Positions 23,458 through 24,209 of a stretch of DNA of 24,209 nucleotides are shown piece after piece (position 1 is the stretch's first letter; every line of letters starts with the position of its first letter). Under the pieces are notes generated by a model. That model worked only from the letters and a program-made list of their open reading frames with translations, was not told the DNA's origin and made no database searches. The stretch lies in NCBI GenBank assembly GCA_964385935.1, contig CAYLSP010000001.1, positions 14,804 through 39,012 on the forward strand, written 5' to 3'. The position numbers were made by a program, and so were the translations under genes. The DNA comes from an uncultured Defluviitaleaceae bacterium. GTDB taxonomy: Bacteria; Bacillota; Clostridia; Lachnospirales; WRAX01.

Positions 23458-24209
23458 AAGAAATCGGAGTAGGCTTATACAGACCTGAGTTTAAGTTTTT
23501 GTTTGAAGATGCGTCATCCAACATAGCGGTGGTGGCTGCGAGAGGTATGGGTAAGACGGTGGCGGCATTTCAACTGGCGATGTACAGATTGATGACGATT
23601 CCGCACGATGAGACGAGCGTACTGTTTTTCTCGTCCACATTGAAACAGGCTAAGGACACGGTAGGTTCCAAGATGGAGCAGTTTACAAAGGATTTTCCGA
23701 CCGGGTTCGCAGAACATAACAAGGCAGACAATATTTACAGCTTTCGTTTCGGTAAAAGGGATGTCAGGAGGTTGCAATTGTTGTCGTATGAAGCTGCTCC
23801 CGACAGCTTGAGAGGACGCCATCCGCATACGATTGTATTGGATGAGTGTGCGTCTATGCCTGCGGGTTTGTACGGTAATGTTATATCGCCGATGTTGGCG
23901 AGCAGCAGGGACAGGAAGCTGATAGCGATAGGAACGGCACAGGGACACAATCAATTTTACGAGTTTTGGCTAAGGGGTCAGGATGACGCTTATCCTGATT
24001 GGAAGAGTTACACACTGAAGGCATCGGATAATAAGATACTTGACCCGAGCTTTTTACGGGAGCAACGCAACAACCTGAGTACGGCGGAGTACGCACAGGA
24101 GTTTGAGTGCGACTTTGATGCGAATGTGTTGGTGGGATCTGTGTATGGGGAGTTTATGCAGAGGTATACGGATAACAATGTGAGAGAGGAGTATATATGG
24201 GATCCGTCA
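23454..24209 (+). CDS. terL: Terminase large subunit, ATPase domain, 3'-truncated at the window edge
   Basis: Absent from ORF track (no stop). My translation: MKEIGVGLYRP..VVAARGMGKT (Walker A)..SLRGRHPHTIVLDECA (Walker B)..IAIGTAQGHNQFYE..YAQEFECDF. Confidence 0.93.
   Translation, partial: MKEIGVGLYRPEFKFLFEDASSNIAVVAARGMGKTVAAFQLAMYRLMTIPHDETSVLFFSSTLKQAKDTVGSKMEQFTKDFPTGFAEHNKADNIYSFRFGKRDVRRLQLLSYEAAPDSLRGRHPHTIVLDECASMPAGLYGNVISPMLASSRDRKLIAIGTAQGHNQFYEFWLRGQDDAYPDWKSYTLKASDNKILDPSFLREQRNNLSTAEYAQEFECDFDANVLVGSVYGEFMQRYTDNNVREEYIWDPS

Larger units (their letters stand above)
1..24209. mobile_element. Temperate podovirus-type (T7/BPP-1-like) phage or prophage, incomplete at both window edges
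   Basis: Portal, scaffold, capsid, tail tube A/B, endolysin, repressor pair, replication gene and terminase; no host housekeeping genes seen. Confidence 0.95.

Noticed and set aside
78-24096. Numerous 60-130 aa minus-strand ORFs opposite structural, IS110 and terminase genes
   Set aside because: Fully overlapped by well-supported genes, with no motifs or RBS
1-24209. tRNA/rRNA genes, protelomerase, ParA, DNA or RNA polymerase
   Set aside because: No recognisable sequence or motif for any of these in the window

Overview
The whole window is an AT-rich temperate podovirus-type (T7/BPP-1-like) phage or prophage, truncated at both edges: inside a tail fibre on the left and inside the large terminase on the right. 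Gene order is tail fibre, two unknown ORFs, portal, Bbp19-like, scaffold, major capsid, cement-like protein, tail tube A, tail tube B and gp13-like GNAT. These are followed by a GH108 lysis cassette with micro-peptides, an ImmA/ImmR-like immunity pair, two duplicated AlpA/Xis-like switch modules, early genes including a Sak4-like ATPase, an IS110-family DEDD recombinase, a replication initiator, a DUF669-like gene and the terminase subunits. No tyrosine or serine integrase is visible. The main observation concerns the IS110 gene. Its upstream non-coding region folds into a two-loop bridge-RNA-like structure. The 3' (donor) loop matches 14/14 an unsplit donor site (TGAGTAG-AT-TATTA, 21210-21223) 28 bp past the recombinase stop. 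That site overlaps a sigma70-like promoter pointing into the replication and packaging genes. The inference is that the phage itself may be the IS110 circle, using an RNA-guided recombinase as its integrase (predicted host target TGTGGAGATATTTA), with excision creating the promoter for replication. All family calls come from motif recognition by eye; no database searches were run.
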